64,000 bases of DNA from Pseudomonadota bacterium (lineage in GTDB: Bacteria > Bdellovibrionota_G > JALEGL01 > DATDPG01), in assembly GCA_043809315.1 (NCBI GenBank), contig JAZDDX010000026.1:10792-74791 (forward strand), given 5' to 3'. The notes beneath the pieces were generated by a model. It was not told where the DNA came from. It made no database searches and saw only the letters and a list, made by a program, of their open reading frames with translations. The position numbers were made by a program, and so were the translations under genes. Below are positions 54,320-61,993 of this stretch, in pieces (position 1 is the stretch's first letter; every line of letters begins with the position of its first letter).

Positions 54320-56341
54320 TTGTCCCGATCGTTGTTTCTGAAAATCGTGGTTCTCTGCGCGGCGTGCGCTTCCGGTGCCGCGTTCGCGCAGCTTGATTTC
54401 ATGAAATGGATCAACCCGGGCCCGCTCGCCCGGCCGCACGACACGCTAGAAGGGGTGTCGAACTGCGGCCTCTGTCACGCCACGGCCAAGGGGATTCCCG
54501 ACTCCAAATGTCTCGATTGTCATACCGAGATCCGGGAACGGCTCGAGAAGAAGCTCGGGTATCACGCCCGCCAGACCGACCCGTGCGTCAAGTGCCACAG
54601 CGACCACAAGGGACGCGACTACGATCTTCTAGCCCTCAAGCGGGTCAAGTTCGACCACCAGAACGTCGGGTGGGCGCTCAACGGAGCGCACGGGAAGGTC
54701 GACTGCCGCAAGTGCCACACGCAGACCCGTGTCGACGTGAAGACCCACCTTCCGACCCGGCGCCCTTCGTACCTCGGCGCCCCGACCGTCTGTCTCCCCT
54801 GCCATCCGGACATTCACAAAAGCGCGGAACCGGCCTGGCAACGATGTGAACTCTGTCACGACGAGTCGGTCTGGAAACCGATGCGAACTCCGGCGGAGTT
54901 CGACCACACGCGAGACAGCAAATATCCGTTAACCGGGAAACACGCCAAAATCGACTGCTACGCTTGCCACAAACAGAAGACCTGGAAACCGCTCTCGTTC
55001 GCTCGCTGCCTCGATTGTCACCCGGACCCGCACAAGAACGCCTTCGGGCCGAAGTGCGAGATCTGCCACGTGACGGCGAACTGGAAGAAGCTCCTGATGA
55101 AAACCCCCCAAGGAGTCCGGTTCGACCACCAGAAGACGAAGTTCTCGTTGAGCGGCGCACATTTCCAGGTCCCGTGTCTCACCTGCCACGGGCCGACGAT
55201 CGGGAAGATGACCGGGTTCGATCAGTGTACGGGGTGCCACAACAACCCCCACGGGAACGAATTCCAGGAGAAGTGGAACGTCCGGAAGGAGTGTTCGAAA
55301 TGTCACGTGACCGAAGGGTGGACGATCCTCAACTTCCAGCACGGCCGCGATTCTCGGTACGATCTCCTCGACAAACACAAGCAGGTGCCGTGCGAGCAGT
55401 GCCACGTCGACCGGAAATACCGGTGGCTCGCATCCTCCCCCGATTGCGACGTCTGCCATCTCGACGTTCACGTTAAACAATTCACGAAGGCATGCGTTGT
55501 TTGCCACACACAGAAAGGGTTCGACACCCTCAAGTTTGATCACAATAAAGACTCGAAGTTCCCGATCGTCGGGAAACACAAGGCGGTCGGTTGCGAGAAG
55601 TGTCACGAGGCGGGGAAGTACACGGGGATCGACCATCGGTGCCAGGGGTGCCACACCGATTTCCACAACAATCAGCTGGGGGTCGAATGTTCCCGTTGCC
55701 ACGCGCCGATCGCGATGAACGACATCGCCTTCGATCACAAACATGCGTCTCGATTCCGCGTCGAGGGGGCGCACGAGAAGGTCGCGTGCAATCAGTGCCA
55801 CCTCGACTATCACTACCGGCCGCTTTCGTCCGAGTGCTCCTCCTGTCACGAGGATGCGCACAAGGGAACGTTCGGGCCCGCATGCCAACGCTGCCACGTC
55901 ACGTCGAGTTTCCGGCCGCGAAAGGGATTCCACGACTTCGGCGCGTTTTCGTTGGGTGGGGTCCACGATCGGTTGGATTGCAAGGTCTGTCACGCCCCGA
56001 CCTCGCCTGGGCGGATCCAGCCGGCCCAATGCGCCGCCTGCCATCGCGATCCGCACCTGGGGTCGCTCGGCCCCGACTGCGCCGGGTGCCACACACAGGT
56101 CGCTTGGCTTCCCTCCAAGTTCCGCCACACTCAAACCGGCTTCCAGCTCTCCGGCGCGCACCGATTTCTCTCGTGCGATCGCTGCCACTTCAACCGGGTT
56201 TTCGGCGGTCTCCCGCAGGACTGTGCTTTCTGCCATCAGAAAGATTTCGTACCGGCCACGAAGATCCCGCAGCACCTCGGCGCTTCCTCGCAGTGCGAGA
56301 GCTGTCACTACACGTACGGCTGGAGGCCGGCGAAGCGATGA
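54320..56341 (+). CDS. Periplasmic multihaem cytochrome c with 27 CxxCH motifs (poly-c7/c3-type repeats)
   Basis: 673 aa. The signal is MSRSLFLKIVVLCAACASGAAFA. I counted 27 CxxCH motifs, from CGLCH through CESCH, arranged in a recurring three-motif unit. Alternative (TTG) start at 54320. Confidence 0.9.
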   Translation: MSRSLFLKIVVLCAACASGAAFAQLDFMKWINPGPLARPHDTLEGVSNCGLCHATAKGIPDSKCLDCHTEIRERLEKKLGYHARQTDPCVKCHSDHKGRDYDLLALKRVKFDHQNVGWALNGAHGKVDCRKCHTQTRVDVKTHLPTRRPSYLGAPTVCLPCHPDIHKSAEPAWQRCELCHDESVWKPMRTPAEFDHTRDSKYPLTGKHAKIDCYACHKQKTWKPLSFARCLDCHPDPHKNAFGPKCEICHVTANWKKLLMKTPQGVRFDHQKTKFSLSGAHFQVPCLTCHGPTIGKMTGFDQCTGCHNNPHGNEFQEKWNVRKECSKCHVTEGWTILNFQHGRDSRYDLLDKHKQVPCEQCHVDRKYRWLASSPDCDVCHLDVHVKQFTKACVVCHTQKGFDTLKFDHNKDSKFPIVGKHKAVGCEKCHEAGKYTGIDHRCQGCHTDFHNNQLGVECSRCHAPIAMNDIAFDHKHASRFRVEGAHEKVACNQCHLDYHYRPLSSECSSCHEDAHKGTFGPACQRCHVTSSFRPRKGFHDFGAFSLGGVHDRLDCKVCHAPTSPGRIQPAQCAACHRDPHLGSLGPDCAGCHTQVAWLPSKFRHTQTGFQLSGAHRFLSCDRCHFNRVFGGLPQDCAFCHQKDFVPATKIPQHLGASSQCESCHYTYGWRPAKR

Positions 56342-57720
56342 TTTGGAGGGGCCTCCGTTGTTCGGCCGTTCTCGTTCTGCTGGCCGTTCCGGCCGGCGCG
56401 ACCGAGGTGCACGGCGGGGGGGAACTCGGCTTCTGGTATCTCCAAAACGACGTCTCCGATGCCGCAGGATTTCAACTCGACGACGGATACGGCGCGATCT
56501 ACGTGCAACGACGGTACATGCTCGGGAACCTCCACCTGAAGCTGGACGCCCTCGATCTAGGGAACGGGTCGAACACGAAATACAACACCCATTTCGACGG
56601 TCGTGTACTCTGGAACATTAATCATCACGCCGACTCCCTGGCGATTCCCGATCGAACCCGGCAGCAAGTCGACGAGCTTTCCCTCGAGGCTGCGGGGATC
56701 GGAGAGCGAACCGATCTCTGGCTCGGACGTCAGACGTTGTATGAAGCGGGGGGGGTCGGCGTCGACGGGGCCCGTGTCATCTACCATCTTTCGGATCAAT
56801 TGGGGTTCGGGGTCTACGGAGGGTTGGCGAACGACCCGCGGAACTTCACCGGTTATATCGGCCCCGCGTATCGCTCCCGACCGTTCTCGAGTCACTTCGA
56901 AACGGGCGGCTTGTTCTTGAGCCAGAAGAGCGAGCGGTTGCGACTCGACGCTGCCGTGAACGCCGGGTTTTACAAGGCGAAGATCGACCGGCTCGCCGTT
57001 TACTCGCAAGCGGTCTATCAGCTCAACCCGACCTGGACCTTTTCCGGGATGGCCGATCTCGGCGTGGCGGGGGATCGGGGGATCAAGGGTGTTTCGGCGT
57101 TTGTTACGACCCGCGTGACGAGCCGGATCACCAACACGGCGTCTTTTCTCCGGTTCACGACCCTTCGATACAAGGAATCGAATGTCTCTGCGATCCCCGT
57201 TCCGGCGGGGATCGACGCCTCCCTCGTCCGCGGGGCCGATGTCGTCACGTCGTCGTATAATTCCGGCCGGGACCAGGTCCAGATCCGGATCCTGGATCGG
57301 AACTACATCTTCGGTGGTTTTCAGGTGACCCGTCGGACGTTCGACGACGCGAATCAGTTCAAATACACCGCCGGATACCGTGATCCGACGCTGTTCGGAT
57401 CGACGTTCGATCTGCGGCTCCAGACCGACGTGATCGACAACTACCGCGGGTTCAACACCGCGCTCGACACACTTCTGGGGAAAGAGTTTTCCGACGGGAA
57501 GGTGCGCCTGGAGGGGGGCGCGACGTTTTATGCGAACGAACGGAACCTCGCGAGCGAGGTCGGAAAGGACCGCTCCTACCGGTTCAACGTTTTCTATCTC
57601 CCGACGAAAACGTTCTCCTGGCTGATCAACTATGCCCTGCACGAAGAGCGCGATGTCGTGAACGGTTCGCAGCGGATTCGGGTCCATGACCTCTATTTCT
57701 CAAGCGCATTCAGATTCTAG
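56338..57720 (+). CDS. Predicted outer-membrane beta-barrel protein
   Basis: Track ORF 55591..57720 trimmed to ATG 56338 (ATGA overlap with the cytochrome stop). The signal is MIWRGLRCSAVLVLLAVPAGA. It shows an alternating amphipathic beta pattern with abundant Y/G/N/D and ends ...LYFSSAFRF (terminal Phe). Confidence 0.7.
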   Translation: MIWRGLRCSAVLVLLAVPAGATEVHGGGELGFWYLQNDVSDAAGFQLDDGYGAIYVQRRYMLGNLHLKLDALDLGNGSNTKYNTHFDGRVLWNINHHADSLAIPDRTRQQVDELSLEAAGIGERTDLWLGRQTLYEAGGVGVDGARVIYHLSDQLGFGVYGGLANDPRNFTGYIGPAYRSRPFSSHFETGGLFLSQKSERLRLDAAVNAGFYKAKIDRLAVYSQAVYQLNPTWTFSGMADLGVAGDRGIKGVSAFVTTRVTSRITNTASFLRFTTLRYKESNVSAIPVPAGIDASLVRGADVVTSSYNSGRDQVQIRILDRNYIFGGFQVTRRTFDDANQFKYTAGYRDPTLFGSTFDLRLQTDVIDNYRGFNTALDTLLGKEFSDGKVRLEGGATFYANERNLASEVGKDRSYRFNVFYLPTKTFSWLINYALHEERDVVNGSQRIRVHDLYFSSAFRF

Positions 57721-57782
57721 GAACTTTAGTTCCCTATATATTTTATGTGTATGTCGTTGTAAATATATGTGAAATAATCGTA

Positions 57783-57812
57783 TTGACTTTTATTGGTAAG
57801 TTTTGTTACTAT
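57783..57812 (+). promoter_or_regulatory. Strong-looking sigma70 promoter with extended -10, with no downstream ORF
   Basis: TTGACT (57783-57788), 18 nt spacer ending in TGT, TACTAT (57807-57812), that is TGnTACTAT. An AT-rich block (57730-57782) lies upstream. Confidence 0.5.
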
Positions 57813-57818
57813 CGAACC

Positions 57819-57932
57819 ATACGGCGGGGGCGCTCCGCGAGGCGGGGCTAGGGAAATAGAGATTTCCTTGGTTTGGAGCTTCCCCGATGGGACGGGCCCG
57901 GTCGATTCGTCGGCCGGGCCCGTCGGCTTTTG
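57819..57932 (+). ncRNA. Candidate small structured RNA (about 115 nt), family unknown
   Basis: It is bounded by the promoter above and the terminator below. It has two internal hairpins: GCTCCGC-GAG-GCGGGGC at about 57832-57848, and GGAAAT-AGAG-ATTTCC at 57852-57867. It lies in a convergent spacer between an OM-barrel gene and a radical SAM gene. Boundaries are approximate. Confidence 0.4.
57891..57931 (+). terminator. Intrinsic terminator (15-bp stem, UUCG tetraloop)
   Basis: GACGGGCCCGGTCGA (57891-57905), loop TTCG, TCGGCCGGGCCCGTC (57910-57924). All positions pair, with one G-U. It is followed by GGCTTTTGGGATTT. Confidence 0.65.
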
Positions 57933-57945
57933 GGATTTAAAAAAC

Positions 57946-58971
57946 CTATCTTCGGGCAGCGTGCCCGGCGTGCACGCGTTTCTTCGGGGGAACCATGGCG
58001 GGGATCTTCTTCGTCGGTTTCGCGACCATTTTCTTCGGCTCCGGCTGCAGCGCCATCACCTTCTCGATGACCCGGTGCAGGCGGTCTTCTTTCGCGTCCC
58101 TCCGCAGATCGGCCAGAATCGGCTGCGGCCGGTTCGGAACCAGCTCGTTCGAAAGGACCCCTTCGACATTGAAGAGGATCCGCGGGACCGCTTCCTCCGC
58201 ATCGATCTCCGACGGCCCGAGAAACGAGATCTTTCCGACGGCATCTGCGAATCGATAGGTCGGCACCGGCACTTCAGTTTCAAGATCGTACACCCGCACC
58301 AGGGTCTGGAAGTTCTCGATCGCTCGTCGGACTTCGTAGACGGGAAGACCGAGGCGGCTGGCGTACGGGTCTCCATTCGCCGTTCGCGGGCAGTATTCCA
58401 GGAACCGGACGTGAAGCGGGCGGTCTTTCGTCATCCGCGCGAAGTCGATGACCTCCTCCTCGTTGATCCCCTTCAGCAGGTGAATGTGCAGCCGGATCTC
58501 GGAGAAGTTGAGCTTCTCCACCTTGTCGATCCCATCGAGCACGCGGTAGAGCGAGTCCCGCCCGGTGATCCGCTGGTACTTCATGAAGTTCAGGCTGTCG
58601 AATGCGACGTCAACTTTCCGAAGCCCCATCTTCCGGAGCGGATCGGCGAATGTCTTGAGGAACGTTCCGTTCGTGACGAGACGGACATCCGAGATCGCTT
58701 TGTGTGCAAACGCCGCCTTAACGAAGTTCGCCGCGTCTTTTCGCAGAAGGGGCTCTCCCCCTCCGATCAAGATCTTTGTCACACCGAGCTCGCCGACGAT
58801 TCGGATCAGCTTCGTCACGTCGGACGGCTGAACCGGGTTCTTGGTCGAAAACAACTCGCGGGACGATCCGACGGATCGGCAGTAGAAACAACTCAGGTTG
58901 CATTCCCCCGTGATCGAAAGACGCAATGTACGCGCGATCGGACTGACGTTGTCCCGAACCGTTGCAACCAT
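57946..58971 (-). CDS. Radical SAM protein with MoaA-like core but no C-terminal auxiliary-cluster cysteines
   Basis: 341 aa. GGAGGG lies 6 nt upstream of ATG 58971. Motifs: LRLSITGECNLSCFYCRS (CxxxCxxC) and GGGEPLLRKD. The C-terminal region aligns in shape with the MoaA second-cluster region, but all three Cys positions are acidic residues (see findings). It has a basic C-terminal tail. Confidence 0.8.
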   Translation of the reverse strand: MVATVRDNVSPIARTLRLSITGECNLSCFYCRSVGSSRELFSTKNPVQPSDVTKLIRIVGELGVTKILIGGGEPLLRKDAANFVKAAFAHKAISDVRLVTNGTFLKTFADPLRKMGLRKVDVAFDSLNFMKYQRITGRDSLYRVLDGIDKVEKLNFSEIRLHIHLLKGINEEEVIDFARMTKDRPLHVRFLEYCPRTANGDPYASRLGLPVYEVRRAIENFQTLVRVYDLETEVPVPTYRFADAVGKISFLGPSEIDAEEAVPRILFNVEGVLSNELVPNRPQPILADLRRDAKEDRLHRVIEKVMALQPEPKKMVAKPTKKIPAMVPPKKRVHAGHAARR

Positions 58972-59035
58972 AAACTGCCCTCCGAATCTTCCTACAAACT
59001 CAAGTACTTAGGCGTGGTTTTTAAGGCTGGCCGCG

Positions 59036-59065
59036 TCTATATTTGATCCGTGCGACCTTTGTCAA
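59036..59065 (-). promoter_or_regulatory. Putative sigma70 promoter for the radical SAM gene
   Basis: Minus strand reads TTGACA (59065-59060), 18 nt spacer, TATAGA (59041-59036). The leader to the start codon is about 60 nt. Confidence 0.4.
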
Positions 59066-59124
59066 CAGGGTATCCACAGCCGCCGGGATTCCGGCCATGG
59101 CAGCCTGTTTGCGGTAGGCCCCCC

Positions 59125-59478
59125 TCAGTCCGGGGCCGCTTTTCGTTCTTTCAGAACCTGGAGGATCTCTTTCCGCCCCTCGTCGTTCAATTCTACGAAC
59201 TTGATCCCCATTCCGGGGGGACCGTCCGGGTCGTTGTTGACCCACTGCACAATTCCGGAGCCGGCGATCTTCTCTCCGCCGTCGCGAACGAGAAATTCGA
59301 ACCGGATCTTCGTCCCGACCGGCTTCGGATGATCGGTGCGAAGGAACAATCCCCCCGCCCCCAAATTGTCGACCAGCCGCTGGCGCCGAGCGGAAACCCC
59401 CTCGAAAACGATGGCAAGGGTTGTTTCGAGGGCGATCCGGGGAAACTTTCTGCGGTTGTGTGGATTCTCCTGCACCAT
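59125..59478 (-). CDS. Stand-alone PilZ-domain protein
   Basis: Track ORF 59125..59871 trimmed to ATG 59478, because the upstream part is antisense to the PBP gene. It has RRKFPR (RxxxR) and DNLGAGG (DxSxxG variant with Leu for Ser). Confidence 0.8.
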   Translation of the reverse strand: MVQENPHNRRKFPRIALETTLAIVFEGVSARRQRLVDNLGAGGLFLRTDHPKPVGTKIRFEFLVRDGGEKIAGSGIVQWVNNDPDGPPGMGIKFVELNDEGRKEILQVLKERKAAPD

Positions 59479-59496
59479 TAGACTTCTGTTTCTGCC

Positions 59497-61989
59497 ATGG
59501 ATACCTCCGATTCCAAAGCACGATTTCACACCTCCGTCCGCTGGATCGGGCTCGGGTTCGTCGGGGCGATCCTCCTCGTCGTCGGTTTCCTCCTGGCGTT
59601 TTCGTTCATCACTTGGAAACTCCCGTCGGTCTCCGCGCTCAAAGACTTCCACCCGCCCGTGGTCAGCGAGGTCTACAGCGACGAGTTCGTAAAGATCGGG
59701 GAGTTCTACCAGGAGCGTCGCGTATACGTGCCGCTCGGGCAGATCCCGCCGCTTGTCGCGCAGGCGTTCATCGCCGCGGAGGATTCCCAGTTTTTCAAAC
59801 ACAAGGGGATTTCTCTGACCGGGATCGCACGAGCCTTCTTCAAGAACCTCCTGGCGGGGGAGGCCAAACAAGGGGGGAGCACGATCACGCAGCAGGTCGC
59901 CAAACAGCTTCTTCTTTCGCCGGAGCGGAGCCTGTTGCGGAAGTTCCGGGAAGCGTTCCTCGCATCCAAGATGGAGCGGTTCCTCTCGAAAGAGGAGATC
60001 CTCGAGATCTATTTAAACCAGATCTACCTCGGCCACACCGCCTATGGCGTCGAGGCGGCCGCACGGGTCTACTTCGGAAAAGACCTGTCCGATCTCTCGC
60101 TCGCCGAAATCGGAGTTCTCGGAGGGTTGCCCCGCGCCCCGAGCCGCGACAATCCGATCACCAGCCCCGAGCGTGCGAAAGAGAAGCTCGCCTACGTTCT
60201 CACCCGGATGGTGGAGGAGAATTACATCACCCAGAGTGATCGGACCGCCGCCCTCGCCCAGTCGATTCGCCCCGTCGCCGAGACCAACATCAATCTCCGG
60301 CACGCTCCATACTTCGTCGAACATGTCCGTCGGTACGTCACCGAGAAATACGGTGACGATGCGGTTCTCTCGGGCGGACTTCAGATCTTCACCGGGCTTT
60401 CCGCCCGCGCTGCCCCCGGAGCGACGCAGGCGCTCCGCGACGGCCTTGAGGAACTCGATCGTCACGAGGGATACCGGGGGCCCTCCCGGAACCTCCCCCC
60501 CCTCGAACGCCCCGCGTTTCTCGAGAAACTCGACGCCGAGCGCGGGGAGGCGCCGCTCGAGCGGGACAAGACCTACCCTGGAGTCGTCACCGAGGTGAAG
60601 GACGACCGTGGCCTGGTCTTCGTGAGTCTTGGAAACCGGACCGGTGCGATTCCGATCGATCTCATGGCGTGGGCGCGCAAACCGAACCCCGATCTTCTCT
60701 GGAGCAGTCATCGGATCGACAAACCCTCCCAAGCGTTGAAAGTGGGGGATGTGATCCAGGTACGTCTTTCCTCTCGCGAGACAACTAAGACGCTCCCGTC
60801 AGGGGTCGCCCTCCTCGAACTGTTCCAGGAACCGCTGGTGCAGGGGGCGCTCGTTGCGCTCGACCCACAGACCGGCGTCATCCGCGCCATGGTGGGGGGA
60901 TACGATTTTGAAAAAAGCGAGTTCAACCGCGCCGTGCAAGCGCGCCGCCAGCCAGGGTCCGCATTCAAGCCGATCACCTACGCCGCCGCCCTCGATCGCG
61001 GATACACGCCCGCGAGCATCCTCGTCGACGCGCCGTTCACCTACGACGATCCCACCACGGAGTTCCGATGGCGTCCGAAGAATTTCGGCGGGAAGTTTTC
61101 CGGAGACACGATCTTCCGCGAATGCCTGATCGAATCGCGGAACGTCCCGACGATCAAGATCGTGCAAGATCTCGGCGTCGACACCATCATCTCGTACGCC
61201 CAACGTCTCGGGATCTCCTCCCCTCTCGCGCGGAACTTTTCCCTGGCCCTCGGATCGTCCGGCGTCACCCCGATCGAGTTGATCTCCGCCTTTTCCGTAT
61301 TTGCGACGGGGGGGCGGAAGTTCAAGGCGCCGATCGCCGTCAAGAAGATCATCGACCGGAACGGGAAAGTTCTCGAGCGAAACGTCTTCGACGACCCCTC
61401 TCTCGACGTCGAGGAACAAGCGGCCTACGCGGAACAGTTGGCCGAGTCGGCTGACCAGGATCGGGCGGCGATCCAGCTCGGGAAAGATCCGAAAGCGGAA
61501 CTCCCGGCCGGATACGCTCTAAGCCCGCAAACGGCCTACATCATGACCCACCTCTTGAAACAGGTGATCACCTCCGGAACCGGGCGGCGCGCGGCGGCGA
61601 TCAACCGCCCCGCCGCCGGAAAGACCGGCACGACGAACGACAACCACGATGCCTGGTTCATCGGGTTCACTCCGACGCTGGTGGCCGGGATCTGGCTCGG
61701 GTTCGACGATTCCGGGTCGACCCTCGGCCTCTCTGAAGAAGGGGGGCATGCCGCAAGCCCCGTCTGGCTCTCCTTCATGCTGAAAGCGCTCGACGAAACG
61801 CCGATCACCGATTTCAAAGTGCCGGAGGGGGTCGTCTTCGCCCAGATCGATCCCAAAACGGGAAAACTAGCGACGGCAAAAACGAAGGACGCCGTCTTCG
61901 AAGTCTTTCGCGAAGGGACGGAACCGAAAGAGACGACCGAAGAAGCCGCGACGAAAAAGAGTTCGCAACAGTTCTTCCTTCAAGAATGA
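59497..61989 (+). CDS. mrcA: Class A penicillin-binding protein (PBP1A type: glycosyltransferase + transpeptidase)
   Basis: 830 aa with an N-terminal TM anchor. GT51 motifs: EDSQFFKHKGI and GGSTITQQVAK. Transpeptidase motifs: SAFKP, SRN, KTGTT. Confidence 0.93.
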   Translation: MDTSDSKARFHTSVRWIGLGFVGAILLVVGFLLAFSFITWKLPSVSALKDFHPPVVSEVYSDEFVKIGEFYQERRVYVPLGQIPPLVAQAFIAAEDSQFFKHKGISLTGIARAFFKNLLAGEAKQGGSTITQQVAKQLLLSPERSLLRKFREAFLASKMERFLSKEEILEIYLNQIYLGHTAYGVEAAARVYFGKDLSDLSLAEIGVLGGLPRAPSRDNPITSPERAKEKLAYVLTRMVEENYITQSDRTAALAQSIRPVAETNINLRHAPYFVEHVRRYVTEKYGDDAVLSGGLQIFTGLSARAAPGATQALRDGLEELDRHEGYRGPSRNLPPLERPAFLEKLDAERGEAPLERDKTYPGVVTEVKDDRGLVFVSLGNRTGAIPIDLMAWARKPNPDLLWSSHRIDKPSQALKVGDVIQVRLSSRETTKTLPSGVALLELFQEPLVQGALVALDPQTGVIRAMVGGYDFEKSEFNRAVQARRQPGSAFKPITYAAALDRGYTPASILVDAPFTYDDPTTEFRWRPKNFGGKFSGDTIFRECLIESRNVPTIKIVQDLGVDTIISYAQRLGISSPLARNFSLALGSSGVTPIELISAFSVFATGGRKFKAPIAVKKIIDRNGKVLERNVFDDPSLDVEEQAAYAEQLAESADQDRAAIQLGKDPKAELPAGYALSPQTAYIMTHLLKQVITSGTGRRAAAINRPAAGKTGTTNDNHDAWFIGFTPTLVAGIWLGFDDSGSTLGLSEEGGHAASPVWLSFMLKALDETPITDFKVPEGVVFAQIDPKTGKLATAKTKDAVFEVFREGTEPKETTEEAATKKSSQQFFLQE

Positions 61990-61993
61990 CGGG

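Noticed and set aside
52245-56308. Long minus-strand ORFs 52245..54221 (658 aa) and 54929..56308 (459 aa)
   Set aside because: They are antisense to the Fe-S/membrane gene and to the 27-haem cytochrome gene. The sense frames carry dense Cys-cluster and CxxCH motifs that cannot be accidental. The antisense frames are featureless.
57819-57932. Identity of the candidate sRNA as SRP (4.5S) RNA, 6S RNA, a c-di-GMP or Moco riboswitch
   Set aside because: It lacks the SRP domain IV GGAA / AGCA motifs and is too short for 6S. It has no ACGCAAAGC-type GEMM motif. It is not upstream of any gene on its strand, so a riboswitch role does not fit.
57946-58971. Calling this gene moaA
   Set aside because: The three C-terminal auxiliary-cluster cysteines and the Gly-Gly terminus of MoaA are missing. 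I kept it as a generic radical SAM protein.
57793-59046. 417-aa + strand ORF
   Set aside because: It is antisense to the MoaA-like radical SAM gene. It begins inside the promoter/sRNA spacer and has no motif.
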